The translations under genes were made by a program, and so were the position numbers. The notes below the pieces were generated by a model that saw only the letters and a program-made list of their open reading frames with translations, had not been told where the DNA came from and made no database searches. A DNA stretch of 64,000 bases from Zootoca vivipara. Lineage: Eukaryota. Below are positions 1 through 13,500 of this stretch, piece by piece. Every line of letters starts with the position of its first letter. Within the stretch, counting starts at the first letter, position 1. The stretch covers positions 32,736,001-32,800,000 of the forward strand of contig NC_083288.1 of assembly GCF_963506605.1 (NCBI RefSeq), written 5' to 3'.

Positions 1-14
1 TTAGAAATTTTAGA

Positions 15-16
<2 letters not shown>

Positions 17-67
<51 letters not shown>
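17..67. repeat. (TA)n microsatellite
   Basis: Direct observation. Confidence 0.95.
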
Positions 68-70
<3 letters not shown>

Positions 71-1879
71 CCAATCTTGTTTCCACTCTAGTCTTAGATG
101 CTTGGATATTCACAAGCTGCAAGATACCAACACCTGTTCACGTTACCTTAGAAAATGGGCCATGTGAGGGAACTGATTGATCATGGCTGATGTATGGAGA
201 AAGGATGGACATTAATGTGTCAAATTCTTCAAATGCCGTGTCATATAATCCCACCTTTTCCATGCTCTGCTTCCTGAATTTCTAAAGCTCCAAACATTCA
301 CTCAGGAGCTTCTTGTGAGGACATGCCTTCAGTCTATTATTGTCTCTTTGACTGATGTCAAAGAGGTGTGTGTTGCTCTGATCCTGTCACCTTGATGTCA
401 AATATCTCCTTTCTGAATAGAGACAATAGACCCATTGAAAACTTTCTGCCCTAACTCGTTCCTTTGCGTAGGTGGCATAATTTAACCCTTTTGGTGTGTG
501 TAGGCAAGAGAATAAAAAATTAGCTTCTGTGTGATTGAATTTGATGTGGGCTGATTTACTGGTAGGATAAGTGAGTCAGTAATGGGATTTCTCATGGCGG
601 GGTGGATGTAAAATACCAGTTTGCTTCTTTTTTTAAGGGTGCAATCAAATAGCAACTTCTCTCCCTATATGCTGTTGTAGGATGCCCTGTAAATTCCAGA
701 ACATTTTGTTCCCCACCACCACATCAGTAATGGGCTGGGACCAGATACAGCCTTCAAATCAAATCATTGTTTTGAAAAGTTCATGAAGTGATTTCTCACT
801 GGTCCAGGGTAGCAATTCGCCAACAGGGTGCTGCAAAAGGGCTTTAGGTCTGCTTTGAAAAACTAAGGCACCCTGCAGTGATGCTGTCAGAGCAGGATTT
901 TGGGCAGAAGTTCAGGACACCATTCAACAAAATAGGCAAGAGGACCCCCAAATGCGGCAGGACTGTCTTACCATATTTTGAAGCATTAGCTATTACAATC
1001 CAAGGGGATTGATTGACAGGATTCCTGAATGAGTATTACACCCAGAGCCAAAAATTCCCTAAGTGCACCACTGACAACATGTTGCATTCATCTACCATAG
1101 GGCTGCCATATATCCTGGGTTTGCCCATCGAAAATAGTGTCCGGTGTAATTTCTGAAAAGTGGGGAAATGTCCTGGAAAGCCAGAGCATATATATGACTG
1201 CAATGTGTAGTCAGTGGTTTTTAGTTGGGTTTTTTCGGGGGGGGGGGGGTTGGAGATTTTGCAAAACTATCAAACAAACAAACAAACCCTCTACAAGCTA
1301 CAGAACCAGGTTATATAATGCCCTGTTCTTTATAATCAGTCTTTCCCTGTGAGCATGAGCTTTATGTAAAGACCATGCTAGAGGTGTATCATAGAAATGT
1401 TTATTTTTGTTCATTTATTAATTAAATTATATCCCACTCTTCCTCAGATGACAAACTTCAAAAAGTTAAAACAATACAATTTAAAATAGAATAAAATAAA
1501 AACCCATTTGCAAACGAACCAAAAACATTTTAAAACAATTTCGAAACATTTAAAAACAATGTAAAACATTTAAAAACAAAACATTTCAAACAATCAAATA
1601 CTTCACAGTTACTCATTTCAAGGTTTCCATGTACAGTATCTTAAGAGCATAAAATATGAAATGAGATATGTAATTAAATACTTATTTAAATGTGCAGATG
1701 TGCATTTTATCTTACTATTCACATGTCTAAATGTATTTTATCCTAAACTATTTTTTCCTCAACTAGAAAAGTATATCAAAATGCATTAAATGTATTGCAA
1801 AATCTGGAGAAAATTGTATGGGAGATGAAGTTCAGGTTAGTTGGCATCAATATTTGTTCAAATTACATTCGTCAAACAG

Positions 1880-2084
1880 GTAGGTAGCTGTGTTTATCTG
1901 CCATAGTCAAAACAAGATAAAAAAATTCCTTCCAGTAGCACCTTAGAGACCAACTAAGTTTGTCATTGGTGTGAGCTTTCGTGTGCATGCACACTTCTTC
2001 AGATACACGGCCATGCACACAAAAGCTCACACCAATGACAAACTTAGTTGGTCTCTAAGGTGCTACTGGAAGGAATTTTTTTTA
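1880..2084. mobile_element. Penelope-like element fragment (inverted pseudo-LTR) with 13-bp TSD
   Basis: ~70-bp inverted arms containing GTAGCACCTTAGAGACCAAC...GAGCTTTCGTG, typical of reptile PLE ends; ATTCGTCAAACAG at both 1867-1879 and 2085-2097. Confidence 0.8.
1969..2008 (-). ncRNA. Minimal type I hammerhead ribozyme motif of a Penelope-like element
   Basis: Minus strand GUGUAU-CUGAAGA-A-GUGUG(CAUG)CACAC-GAAAGCUC-ACAC: CUGANGA and GAAA core, stem II, palindromic AGCU stem III. Confidence 0.7.
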
Positions 2085-2637
2085 ATTCGTCAAACAGTTT
2101 AACAGGCTCCCAAGGTTACTTAGGAAAAGTTAAAATTACTCCTTTTTGTAATGTACCTTGAAAACTCAATGGATATCATTAACAACATTATAATCATCAA
2201 CACCAATTAAAAGGAAAAAATGTTATTATGATTAAACAAAGAAATGGGGAAAAAAAATCTTCTGTATGGTTGGGAGGGAGCTCTAAGGTTATCAAGTTTA
2301 ACCACTGTGCTGCCTTTGCATTACCTACAGGGCAGGCAATAACATCCTGACACACCTAGAATCCTCCAATTTTGACCTCAGGGCCTCACCTTTCATCACA
2401 TTAAGGTCAGCTAAAGGGCAGTGAAGTTTAAATTGTATTTCCTGATGTTGGAGAGTGTAAACAAGTCTCCTGATTGTCAAAAGTCTCCTGGATGATCTGA
2501 TCACGCTGCTATGATCACTCACAGTGGTGCCTCCAACCTATGAAGGGAAAGGATTGGGGCCGAAAGACCAAGAGAACGTGTTGCTACATTGAGCCGAAGT
2601 TATAACTGAGCACAAAATGCCAGATCATAGTCTACAG

Positions 2638-2773
2638 CAGGCATCCCCAAACTCAGCCCTCCAGATGTTTTGGGACAACAACTCCCATCATCCCTAGCTA
2701 ACAGGACCAGTGGTCAGGGATGATGGGAATTGTAGTCCCAAAACATCTGGAGGGGCAAGTTTGGGGGTGCCTG
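2638..2773. mobile_element. hAT (URR1/Charlie-like) MITE
   Basis: TIRs CAGGCATCCCCAAACT / AGTTTGGGGGTGCCTG; 8-bp TSD GTCTACAG. Confidence 0.85.
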
Positions 2774-2790
2774 GTCTACAGTATATATTA

Positions 2791-3020
2791 CAGTGATACC
2801 TCGGGTTGCGAACGCTTTGGGTTACAAATACATTGAGTTACAGTCTCCGCTAACCTGGAAGTAGTACCTTGGGTTGAGAACTTTGCCCCAGGATGAGAAC
2901 AGAAATTGTGTGGCAGCAGCGGGAGGCCCCATTAGTGAAAGCGCGCCTCAGGTTAAGAACGGTTTGGGGTTAAGAACGGACCTCTGGAACGAATTACGTT
3001 TGTGACCCGAGGTACCCCTG
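2791..3020. mobile_element. Tc1/mariner Tigger-like MITE
   Basis: TIRs CAGTGATACCTCGGGT / ACCCGAGGTACCCCTG; TA TSD. Confidence 0.85.
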
Positions 3021-3044
3021 TAATTCCTAATACAGTCCTTTTCT

Positions 3045-3232
3045 TATTACATTTATATCCCACATTTTGTACATAGAGCTCAAGGTGGTGTACTCTGTCT
3101 CCCAATTTTACCCTCACCACAACCCTGTTATGTAGGTTAGGCCGAGAGACTGTGGCCCTCCAGACTGTGGCCCTCAGCTCACCCAGTGAACTCTTTTAGT
3201 GAGTGCATATTCGAACCCTCATCTCCTAAGTT
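3045..3232 (-). mobile_element. Old squamate tRNA-derived SINE (Squam3/MIR-like)
   Basis: Degenerate CCCTCACCACAACCCTG..GTAGGTTAGG..CACCCAGTGA..TTCGAACCC pattern. Confidence 0.55.
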
Positions 3233-3794
3233 CTAATCAGGGATGTGGAATCTTTTGGCTCTGACGCACGATGTCACTATGATGTTGCCTGAATGACTGG
3301 TGGATTGACCTTTGCTTTCAGGTCAAAATCTCTTGCATTGGGTTTCAATTCCTTTGGGAATCACCGAGTGTAGGGCTGGCAAAGTGTTTCTTTCTCCTCT
3401 TTCCATCAGCTGATGGGGAGTGGAGGAAAAAGCCCTCATTTTGCAAGCATCAGCTCTGCATGGGGGGAGTCCCTCGTGTAGCAAATGCTTGTTAAAACCT
3501 GGGGCTGTTTGCTTTGGCTGTTTCCAGCAAGGAACAGGTGTGCACAGACAAACTCAGCAAGATTTCACACACCAACTGATGATTGCGGCAGCATCCCCAC
3601 ACCATCCTGGCAAGCAATAGTGATGCTGATATAAGGAGAGTTGCTCCGTAGCTCTGACCTCACCACATCAGCCACTCTTGTTTCTTCCTTCAGCTCCAGA
3701 TCATAGCTGATCATTTCTGGGACCCTTTTCTTGTTGAGGGTTATTCCATACCTACCAAAGTAAGAAACAGTCTACACATCTGCTCAGGTGCGAC

Positions 3795-3990
3795 AAACAT
3801 GTTTTCTTCAGCAATTCCACAGGGATCCCTGGATTTGAGCTGGTAATTACCTTCCTCTAAATTATTAAAAACATGTAATTAATGCTGCTCACCCAGTACT
3901 GCTTGAAGTTTCGGCAACCATGAGAAAAATTAACAGCAAAGACGGTATATTATAAATAAATCCAACATCATTTAGAGCTAGGGAGAGTGA
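3795..3990 (+). promoter_or_regulatory. Putative V2R gene 1 promoter: O/E(EBF)-like site, TAATTA, AGCAAAGA, TATA
   Basis: ATTCCACAGGGA at 3814-3825; TATAAATA at 3951, 209 bp before ATG; block conserved in paralogs. Confidence 0.65.
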
Positions 3991-4159
3991 CTGGGTCTCA
4001 TACTATGACCCAATAGTCTACATTAAATACTTCGGGGGACTTATATGTGTGAGAAAGTACCGTTTAAGTTGATGGTTTTCATCAGGACAACTCTAACAAT
4101 AGTGCTGTAGAAAAACAAAGGATCGTCTATGTACAGGCAAGATTTCCTTCGTTCTAAAT

Positions 4160-6780
4160 ATGATAGTTTTAGTGGTCTTGATGCTGGCAATAATTCCGCA
4201 CAATGTATGCCAGGCTCAAACTGTGAAATGTAGGGTTTCTCATCCACATCGCCCACAACACATATACCACCAGCAAGGAAACTTCATCATTGGTGGCATT
4301 GCAACCCATGGTGGCTTCATGAAAACTTTAACAGCCTTTACTGAAGAACCGCCACCGGCATTGCTTGAAGAGTTTATGTAAGAAGGTTTATTATTTTTTC
4401 ATGTCCATGTCTTTCCCTCTGAAAAGACCAGTGCTAGTGCTACAACATATATGCAGAGGTATATCAGCTTAGCCTTTAGGAAAAAATATGATGGAATTAA
4501 GGTAAAGCTGAAGGGAAGGTTTAAATTTCTCCAAAGGAAGAAGACTTATGTGGATTACATTTAAACTTCCTAAAATAATAGTCTTTCTTTCAACTCCATT
4601 TTCTTTTACCTTTTTATAATTCTTTTCTCCTGTCAGTTACAAAAAGTTCCCCTCCTGTTTCTTTGACTCAAATTTCACTTCTGCTTACATTCTTACACCA
4701 CCCATTTCTTTCTTTCTTTCTAATCTTATATGTTAACGTAAAGATTGTTAAACAATATTGATTTTTGGATGTTGAACATCACTCAGTAGTAATTGCTTCT
4801 GATATATCTGCATTTTATCTTAATTTGCTTATTTCATGTGATGTAAAATACTAGAATCTTTTGACTCATGAGAGCTGCCATCAACTCAATTCATCCCTGT
4901 CTTGATATGAACACAGATATATTCCTGCTTGCTTTGTTAAATTCCATTTTCTCATATAATTCTTTTTCATAGAAAATAGCTTCACAAGAGAGTCGGTAAT
5001 AAAGGCCTATATTGAAAAACGTATATTTGTACCTTGGAATTACATTTCAATGAAGTTTATGATATAACTCGCAGCTGACTCACAAAATGTTTAGTGTGCT
5101 ATGTTCTGAAATGGTTGGGCTCTGTTATCTTAGCCTAAAGCAGTTTAGCTCATGTTACCAAGGAGCTCAGCCTTGCTGTCTTATTAAACATAGCTGCTTT
5201 GACTGAGAAATTTCACTCTACTGGATGGTGTTTAGCAATGGCTTATACAAGCAGAAGAAGGGAAGTGTGCAATATTGTACATTCGCTCTCCATTATCCTC
5301 ATCCATAGGAAGTGATAGAAGGAATCTGGGTGTATGCAAATGCCTTGCTCTAGATCCGACAAGCTTACTCTTCGGCTTGGACAATAAACAGATCTGCCAT
5401 AAATAATTCACCATGTGAGATTGTCAGAAAGCAAAATCCACATGAAACTTCAGCAATAATTCAGATAGATGGCACTGTTGTTCTAGATTCATGAATTACA
5501 TGGTATGTTGTGATGTCATGCACAAGCTCTCATAAAATACACATGTTGATAACATGTCTATGTGCTATGTGACATGCATTTGTGATTGAAAATTTAACCT
5601 AACCCTAATGAGTGTTTCAAGAAATACACTTCATTAAGACCATTATTCTAAGTGAGGTGAGCATTATTCACCAACCAAGGCTGTAGCTTTGTGTGTCTTG
5701 ACTAACACCCTTCCCACATGTAGCTGCCTTTTTTTAAGCCTCCTCATTCCAATCAGCATGAATGCAGTTATTCCAGCTCCTGACTGCTCTCAAGGAGGGG
5801 CCCAATCCTGGATAGGCTCTTTGAAGATAAAGGTGCCTGGAACCCACTGGAGGCATGGGTTTGCTCTGAAGCCTAAAATTGGTAACTGCTTGTGGGAAAG
5901 TTCTTGTATGCATCCATGCCCACAGAGTTCTTCATGAGCATAACATAGGTGTTTGTCACAGATGAGTTCTTCTCTGCTATTGGAGGACCACGTCCTCGTC
6001 ACCCTACACTTCTCCAGCCAGAGAATCTTGACTTTAGTCTTTCTCTGGAATACTGCAATCAACAATCATCAATATGAAAATGCAGATAGTGGTGTTGGTT
6101 TTCCAAAAATTTTGAAATAATCATTCTGATACAGAATGCAATTTTAATTCTAGTGTAGTGTCAAAGAATTATCAGCATATTTTGGCCTTGGCATTTGCAG
6201 TAAAGGAGATCAATGACAACCCTCAGATCTTACCCAATATCACCTTGGGCTTCCACATCTATGACAGCTATTTTAATGAAAAGTTGACCTACTATGCCAC
6301 AATGCTACTTTTATCTTCGTTAGAGAGGTTTTCCCCCAACTACGTCTGTGACATCCAGCATAATCTGACAGCGGTCATTGGGGGACTGGATTCCGAAACC
6401 TCTGTTCTTGTGGCAAATATTCTGGATATCTATAAGATTCCACAGGTAGGGATAATGTGCCCTTGTGATATCGATACCATGGAATGCAATACTTTTTCAT
6501 GCGGCTTTCTTTCTTCTAGATTTTGTTTTGCAATTTGGAGAGAGGGAGGTTTAATTCTGTTAAACCTGTATTTATGACTCATGACATGGTAAACCAACGA
6601 AAGAAGCATTATAGATAGCAAAATACCCAAACAATGATAAAGCAAAGTAAACATAGAATCGCAGGAGAAAGAAAGTTAGGGCTTGTGTTTTTTGTTGTTG
6701 TTGTTTTTTTATAAATTTGTATGTGTGTTTCATTTTCCTCTTTGCTCCTGCCCCTGTATTTAAGAAGAAACATCTTTTTA

Positions 6781-6812
<32 letters not shown>

Positions 6813-9800
6813 GCATTGAATCCTTCCTTGCATGGAAAAGACCATACTGAGAAGGAGGTGCATTGAGAGTTGTGGTAAGGCGAGTCTTTCTAGGAAAGGA
6901 ATTCTATCAAATAGACATCCATGTCCCAGAAAACACATCTTACAATATGCATATGTCATATTATAGTATAAGTAATTTTGCAGATTGCCATATAAGATAG
7001 CAACCACTGCAGTAGGGCAGAACCATCCTGCCAGGACCAGCATCACTGTGGCTTATTTGCACAGTGCTGGGTGGTGGTGATGTCAGGACTGGGCAGGTGC
7101 ATCAGAAGCCCTTTACAATTATATGTCCATTCTGCCCTGAGTTTGCTTGCACCTTGACCCACCTCAGCACCATCCAGAGATGCTGCAGCAACAACAGTCC
7201 AATTACACTCCAACAAAGAATTCACAATGGAAACCATTTACTACCTGCTGGTGTAAAATACCTGTGAAAGAGATGTCCTTAGACTAAGCACTAATCTCTC
7301 AGGACTAGCCCCCTTTCTTGATAAGAGGGAATAATATCCACCTAGATCAGATCAAATTTATTGCAGCTATAAGCTCATACAGCATAAAATAGATACAACA
7401 AGACATGCTTGCTTTGTAGTCAATAAAAATACAATACAATACAATACAATAAAACAAAATCAATACAAATGAATATAAGGCTAAAAATATACTACTTCAG
7501 ATAATATAAAAGCAATATGATAAAAGGTTTCAGGCTTCATATAACAGTCAGTTTCTCCTCTTATAGGACAGGACAGCAGTTAGAAATCTTGCCACTTGCA
7601 ACAGTAATAGGGTGAGGTGAATCTCTACTGGAAGTCCAGGGAATTTTTGGATTAATGGACTCAGTAGATTTCTCCTGACAGCACTATACAGGGGGCAAGT
7701 AAAGACTATGTGCTGGAGGGATTCCGTCAACTGGTTATTACAGGAACATAGGACTGAGACTTGGCCCTTAGAGAATCTATGGAGCAGGACATTGGAGGGA
7801 AAGGTATTAAACCTTGCTTTGATAAACGCAAAGCAGTGGCTAGCAATGGAGAGGGATGATAGATAAGCAGGAAGATGCTGTATAGGAGTGACGCCCAATA
7901 TCCACTTACCTTACTACTTGCTGTAAATCCTGTGTCTTAGTCACTGGATTGAGTGATCAGAGCATATGAAACTACATCTTTAAAATGTCTCTGTCTCTCT
8001 TCCCCTTCCTGCTTTTTCTTTTAGCTGGTATATGGTTCGAATCCAGTGATGAATTATAAAACTCCAGGGCTTGATTTTTACCAGATGACCCCTCAGGAAA
8101 CCCTTCAGTATACAGGGATACTCTCTTTGCTTCTTCATTTCAGATGGGTCTGGATTGGGGTTGTAGTCACGGATACTGACAATGGAGAAAGGTGTGTGCA
8201 AATTATCATTCCACTGTTCTCTCAGAGTGGTGTCTGTTTTGCCTTCATAGAAAGAATCCCCATGTTAATTTCTTTCAATGAAATTGATGAAAACCTGGAA
8301 AGAGGAGGTAAATTACATAATGAAATCATGAATAGTAAAGCCAACATAGTGGTTTTTTATGGAGAATCAAATGCCATGATGTATTTGAGATGGTTTCCAT
8401 ATCTGTCAAAACAAGAATCTGAGACAAGCATACCAAGAGGGAAAGTTTGGATTCTTACAGCCCAGATGGAGCTTACATCAACAGTCTATCAAAGGAATTT
8501 TGATACAGAAATAATCCATGGTACTCTAGCCTTCAAAATTCACTCCAATGATGTACCAGGCTTCCAGTCATTTATTGAGAGCAGAAATCCTTCCATCACT
8601 AAAGGAGATGGGTTCATCAGGGACTTCTGGCAGCAGGCCTTTGGTTGCACATTTTCAAAGACGGATGTAGGTAACGTGGATGGGTACATTTGCACTAGGG
8701 AGGAGAAGCTACAGAACCTTCCAAAACCCTTCTTTGAAATGAGCATGACGGGCCACAGCTACAACATCTACAATGCTGTCTATGCTGTGGCCCATGCTTT
8801 ACATGCAATGTCCTCATCTAGAGTCAAGCACAGTGCAAATCTGGATGGAGCGAGAATGAAACTACAGAATCAAGAGAAATGGCAGGTAGTGGCCTGAACA
8901 TTTTGACGTGACAATGCATAATATCTACAGTATTATAACAGTGTGCAATATCTACAGTAATATAACAATATTTCCCATTAAATGTAGGGAAAAGTTTTGT
9001 CCATGCACTTCATTTCTCTCCAAACCATAAGGAAGTGAGGGAAATGGCAAATTTTGTGAGCTTTTGTGGGTACCTGTTGACATTGATGGTTTATCAGTAA
9101 CTAATAGGTGCAAGTGGAATAGAAACTCAGCTGTATGACTTCAGTAGTTGGGCTTCCTTTCCCCCTAGCTTACTATGTTATCATTGCATAGAGTAAGGCA
9201 ACTGATCTTAGGCAACCGATATTAAAGGTAAAGGGACCCCTGACCATTAGGTCCAGTCGTGGACGAATATGGGGTTGCGGCGGTCATCTCGCTTTATTGG
9301 CCGAGGGAGCCGGTGTACAGCTTCCGGGTCATGTGACCAGCATGACTAAGCCACTTCTGGCGAAACCAGAGCAGTGCTCGGAAACACCGTTTACCTTCCC
9401 GCCGCAGCGGTACCTATTTATTTACTTGCACTTTGACGTGTTTTCGAACTGCTAGGTTGGCAGGAGCTGGGACCAAGCAACAGGAGCTCACCCTGTTGCG
9501 GGATTCAAACTGCCGACCTTCTGATCAGCAAGCCCTAGGCTCAGTAATTTAACCCACAGTGCCACCTACGTCTCATATTTCGTGAAATTAGGTATCACAA
9601 AAGAACAGCAAATAGCTACTTCTATAATTTCTTACTGATATATTTTTACTCAGAAAGGTACTGCTGGATATTTCTGCCTTGGGTACCAAATTCATTTGAC
9701 CAAACTTGGTTCCTTGGGAATTGGTGGGTGATGTTATGATGGGTGTCATGTACTGTTCAACTTGACTTGCACCAGCCTGCTAGTATCGGATTTTGTTCAG

Positions 9801-12800
9801 CATTTTTCCTGAAAATTTCATGTAGGCATGGAAGGCAGGTTCTGCATAGGCATCTGGTTGACCAATGTGTGAAGAGCAGAGCATCCTGGGTTAGATGGGC
9901 CACTGGCCTGATCCAGCAGACTCTTCTTATGTCTTTATGTCGTTACCTTCTCTCTTGCCCCTGTTGCAGTTGTGATTGGTGATTCCCCGCACCTTGTGGA
10001 TATAATGAGGTGGATTACAGACAAATAGATATAAGGTAATGCTCATTGGGAAAGAAGGGCTAATGTTGACTCCTAGAAGGTATAGGGCCCAGTCATGGGG
10101 CAGAATATGGCTAACCATACAGGTGAGATGCAGCTAAAAAAGCAACAGAAATGTTATGTGATGAGTTATTTATGCTTGAAAAGATTGTGGAGCAATTTGG
10201 GTGTACATTTTGACAGCTATATTTTCTAAGTTTTTGAGAAGAAAAACTGGTGTGAAATATGGGAGGAGGATGTTTTGCTAAAAAATACCATAAACTGATC
10301 TCTTTGAGGTCTTTTAGCTTATTATATGAGCAGCATGTATTCTTATCAGTTTGCTGAATAACATAGTGATCCTTCCTATTATCTCTCAATTATAAAGGGT
10401 AAGCAGATATTTCACCAATTGCCTCCTGCTCAAAACTCTTCAGGAAATCATTCTTGCTTCCATTAGACATTAGTCTGAAAACCCTATACTTTTTTCGTTC
10501 TATCCAGCTTCATCACTTTTTGAGACATGTTTCATTTAACAACAGTGCTGGGGACAAGATCTCCTTTGATAGTAATGGGCAGTTACTAGCTGGATTCGAT
10601 GTCATCAACTGGGTGGTTTCATCTAACCAATCCTTTCACAGAATAAAAATTGGGAGGATGGATCCGCAAGTTCCTCCAGATGAAGCGTTTGCCATCAATG
10701 AAGAGGCCATAACATGGCATTACTGGTTTAACCAGGTAGGATCCAATCGGAGATGTAGGGTGAAAGTGTTTTAGAGAATAGTGTCAGTAACAGTATCTCT
10801 TCGAAACTGTCATCAAACATATAAGACCTCAGACTAAAGATTAGTGTCAGTATTCTCTCAAAGTACAACCTAGTCCTTTAATAGACAATCCTGTTAATAA
10901 TGCATCTGCTTCCAGTGTTGGTGCTAGCCTCACACCAAGCCTATCATACAAAGCTAACAGGAGGTATTTAGAGCCCTCCTTCTGTGTGTCTATAATGGAA
11001 TGGAATTTGTACTTTAATTTGCATGTGAGATGCATATGTGATTGAAATTCCTTAACACTGCAAAAAGAAGTGGAAAGGCCCATGAAATTTAAAGATTCCA
11101 AGCTCATTATTTTGCTTTCTCATTTATGGATTAGGCCCAGCCTCTTTCTACATGCAGTGAGAGCTGCCATCCTGGTTCTAGCAAGAAAGTGAAAGAAGGG
11201 AAGCCATTTTGCTGCTACAATTGCATCCCATGTCCAAAAGAGAAAATATCAGACAAGGAGGGTAAGTATAATTGATGCTACTGGCTGTTTTCAGTTCTCG
11301 GCATTCCAATTTAATTTGTGTAGTGACACATTTTTACAATCAGGCTACACCAAGCTCGATGTTTCCCCCCTGTAAATTCAGGTTTACCTGATGTGGGATG
11401 AATCCAATACAGTGGGGAAAATCAGACTCCAAACTGCTTCACCTCGGTCTCAGACTATTTGTTTTCATGGTTTGGTGATGAGTGGATTAGTTGTCACTTT
11501 CTGTTACTCCTCTTTCCACACCCATTATTCCTTAGTGCTTTCATTTTGTTTCTAGTCGTGCTCATAACTATTTCTGGTGTGCTTCTGAACGGAACTAGCG
11601 GTGTATATTTTTTGTTGATCCCTCAGATTTACACAGAACCAGAAAACTGCACAGGCAAACCACAAAAAAAAATCTTCATCCCTGACCACTGGTCCTGTTA
11701 GCTAGGGATGATGGGAGTTGTAGTCCCAAAACATCTGGAGGGCCGAGTTTGCCTATGCCTGGATTAGAAGGTTGGGACAAACACAAAGGGAACACCTATT
11801 GGTAAGAATAGGAAAAAGCTATGTTTTTTCACATAGAAATTTCCAGATGTAGGGGTCAACATACCACTGTGAAAGGAACCATTTAGGTATATTATTAAGG
11901 TTTTATGTAAGATCAATACCACAGTCCTTTTCACATATTACTGGTGTGTGAGGTTCTATTTCACACATGAATTCTAAATCATGCTATGATCAACACAGCG
12001 GGAGCAAAAGACTGTGTTACTTTGCAGCTGTGGCTATACATACAGCCCCCCCCCAACACACACACATTTGTCCTCAACACTCAGGTAATGCAGAAAGAAG
12101 GCTTATGTCTTTTCCTGTTTCAGATATGAATGACTGCATTAAATGCACAGATGAGAAGTACCCAAGTAAGAATCAGGATATATGTATTCCCAAGATTGTA
12201 ACCTTCTTGTCTTATGAAGAACCTTTGGGACTCAGTCTAGGCTGCATTGCTCTTTCCTTTTCTTTGATCACAGCTCTGGTGCTGGGGACATTTATGAAGC
12301 ACCATGGCACTCCCATCGTCGTTGCCAACAACAGGGACCTCACCTACACTCTCCTCGTCTCCCTCCTGCTCTGCTTCCTTTCCACATTGTTGTTCATTGG
12401 ACAACCTCAGAAGTTGACGTGTCTCCTCCAACAAGCTGTTTTTGGGATCATCTTCTCAGTGGCTGTTTCTTGTGTATTGGCAAAAACCATCACAGTAGTT
12501 CTAGCTTTCATGGCAACCAAGCCAGGATCAAGAATGAGGAGGTGGGTGGGGAAAAAGCTGGCCACCTCCATTGTTCTTTCCTTTTCCCTTGTTCAAACTG
12601 GCATTTGTACTGTGTGGCTGGTGACCTCTCCCCCATTCCAAGATGTAGACATGCACTCAATTGCTGAAGAAATTGTGCTGAAATGTAATGAAGGTTCTGT
12701 GACCATGTTTTACATTGTTCTGGGCTATATGGTCTTCCTGGCAATTGCCAGCTTCATTCTGGCTTTCTTTGCCAGGAAACTACCTGATAGTTTCAACGAA

Positions 12801-13025
12801 GCCAAGTTTATCACATTCAGTATGCTGGTCTTCTGCAGTGTGTGGCTATCCTTTGTGCCAACTTACCTCAGCACAAAGGGGAAATATATGGTTATTGTGG
12901 AGATCTTCTCTATCTTAGCTTCCTGTGGTGGCCTTCTGGGCTGCATCTTTTCCCAGAAATGTTACATTATTGTGTTTAAGCCTGAGTTGAACAGCAGGGA
13001 ACAGCTCATAAGGAGTAAAAACTGA
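4160..13025 (+). CDS. Vmn2r: Vomeronasal type-2 receptor gene 1, intact, 875 aa; exons 4160-4377, 6154-6445, 8025-8885, 10508-10735, 11135-11261, 12124-13025
   Basis: Signal peptide exon; VFT exons ([29 protein letters not shown]; [12 protein letters not shown]; [12 protein letters not shown]); 127-bp cysteine-rich exon (CCYNCIPCP); 7TM exon ([23 protein letters not shown]). All introns GT-AG; exon lengths sum to 2628 nt with no stop. Symbol is family-level only. Confidence 0.95.
7345..7900 (-). mobile_element. 3' fragment of an RTE-X-like LINE
   Basis: ORF 7548-7898 encodes the C-terminal CxC...HxxxxC knuckle ([21 protein letters not shown]). Confidence 0.65.
9225..9572 (-). mobile_element. 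Sauria SINE (Squam1)
   Basis: Full body with tRNA-like head and ACCTTT tail in reverse orientation. Confidence 0.92.
11677..11761. mobile_element. Partial hAT MITE, same family as 2638-2773
   Basis: One TIR (AGTTTGCCTATGCCTG) and the internal GGAGTTGTAGTCCCAAAACATCTGGAGGGC. Confidence 0.8.
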
Positions 13026-13138
13026 AAAAATTAATAAAGCTCTTCCCTAAACATAATTTGTAATCTTGACTTATCTTTGTGTGTCTATTTTTACTCAGAT
13101 ATTGTAGTGATTATTATTATGTTGTACACAGCCTTCGT

Positions 13139-13500
13139 GGGATGCAGGTGGCGCTGTGGGTTAAACCACAGAGCCTAGGGCTTGCCGATCAGAAGGTCGG
13201 TGGTTTGAATCCCTGCGATGGGGTGAGCTCCCGTTGCTCGGTCCCAGCTCCTGCCCACCTAGCAGTTTGAAAGCACGTCAAAGAGCAAGTAGATAAATAG
13301 GTACCACTACAGCGGGAAGGTAAGCAGCATTTCCGTGCGCTGCTCTGGTTGGCCAGAAGCGGCTTAGTCATGCTGGCCACATGACCTGGAAGCTGTACGC
13401 CGGCTCCCTTTGCCAATAATGTGAGATGAGCACCACAACCCCAGAGTCGGTCACGACTGGACCTAATGGTCAGGGGTCCCTTTACCTTTACCTTTACCTT
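13139..13500 (+). mobile_element. Sauria SINE, 114 bp after the gene 1 stop codon
   Basis: GGGATGCAGGTGGCGCTGTGGGTTAAACC head; (ACCTTT)n tail. Confidence 0.93.

Noticed and set aside
4160-4381. 73-aa secreted peptides from exon 1 ORFs ending in TAA
   Set aside because: The stop is a by-product of the phase-2 GTAA splice donor; no evidence of intron retention.
13139-13215. tRNA-like A/B boxes
   Set aside because: Head of a Sauria SINE, not a tRNA gene.
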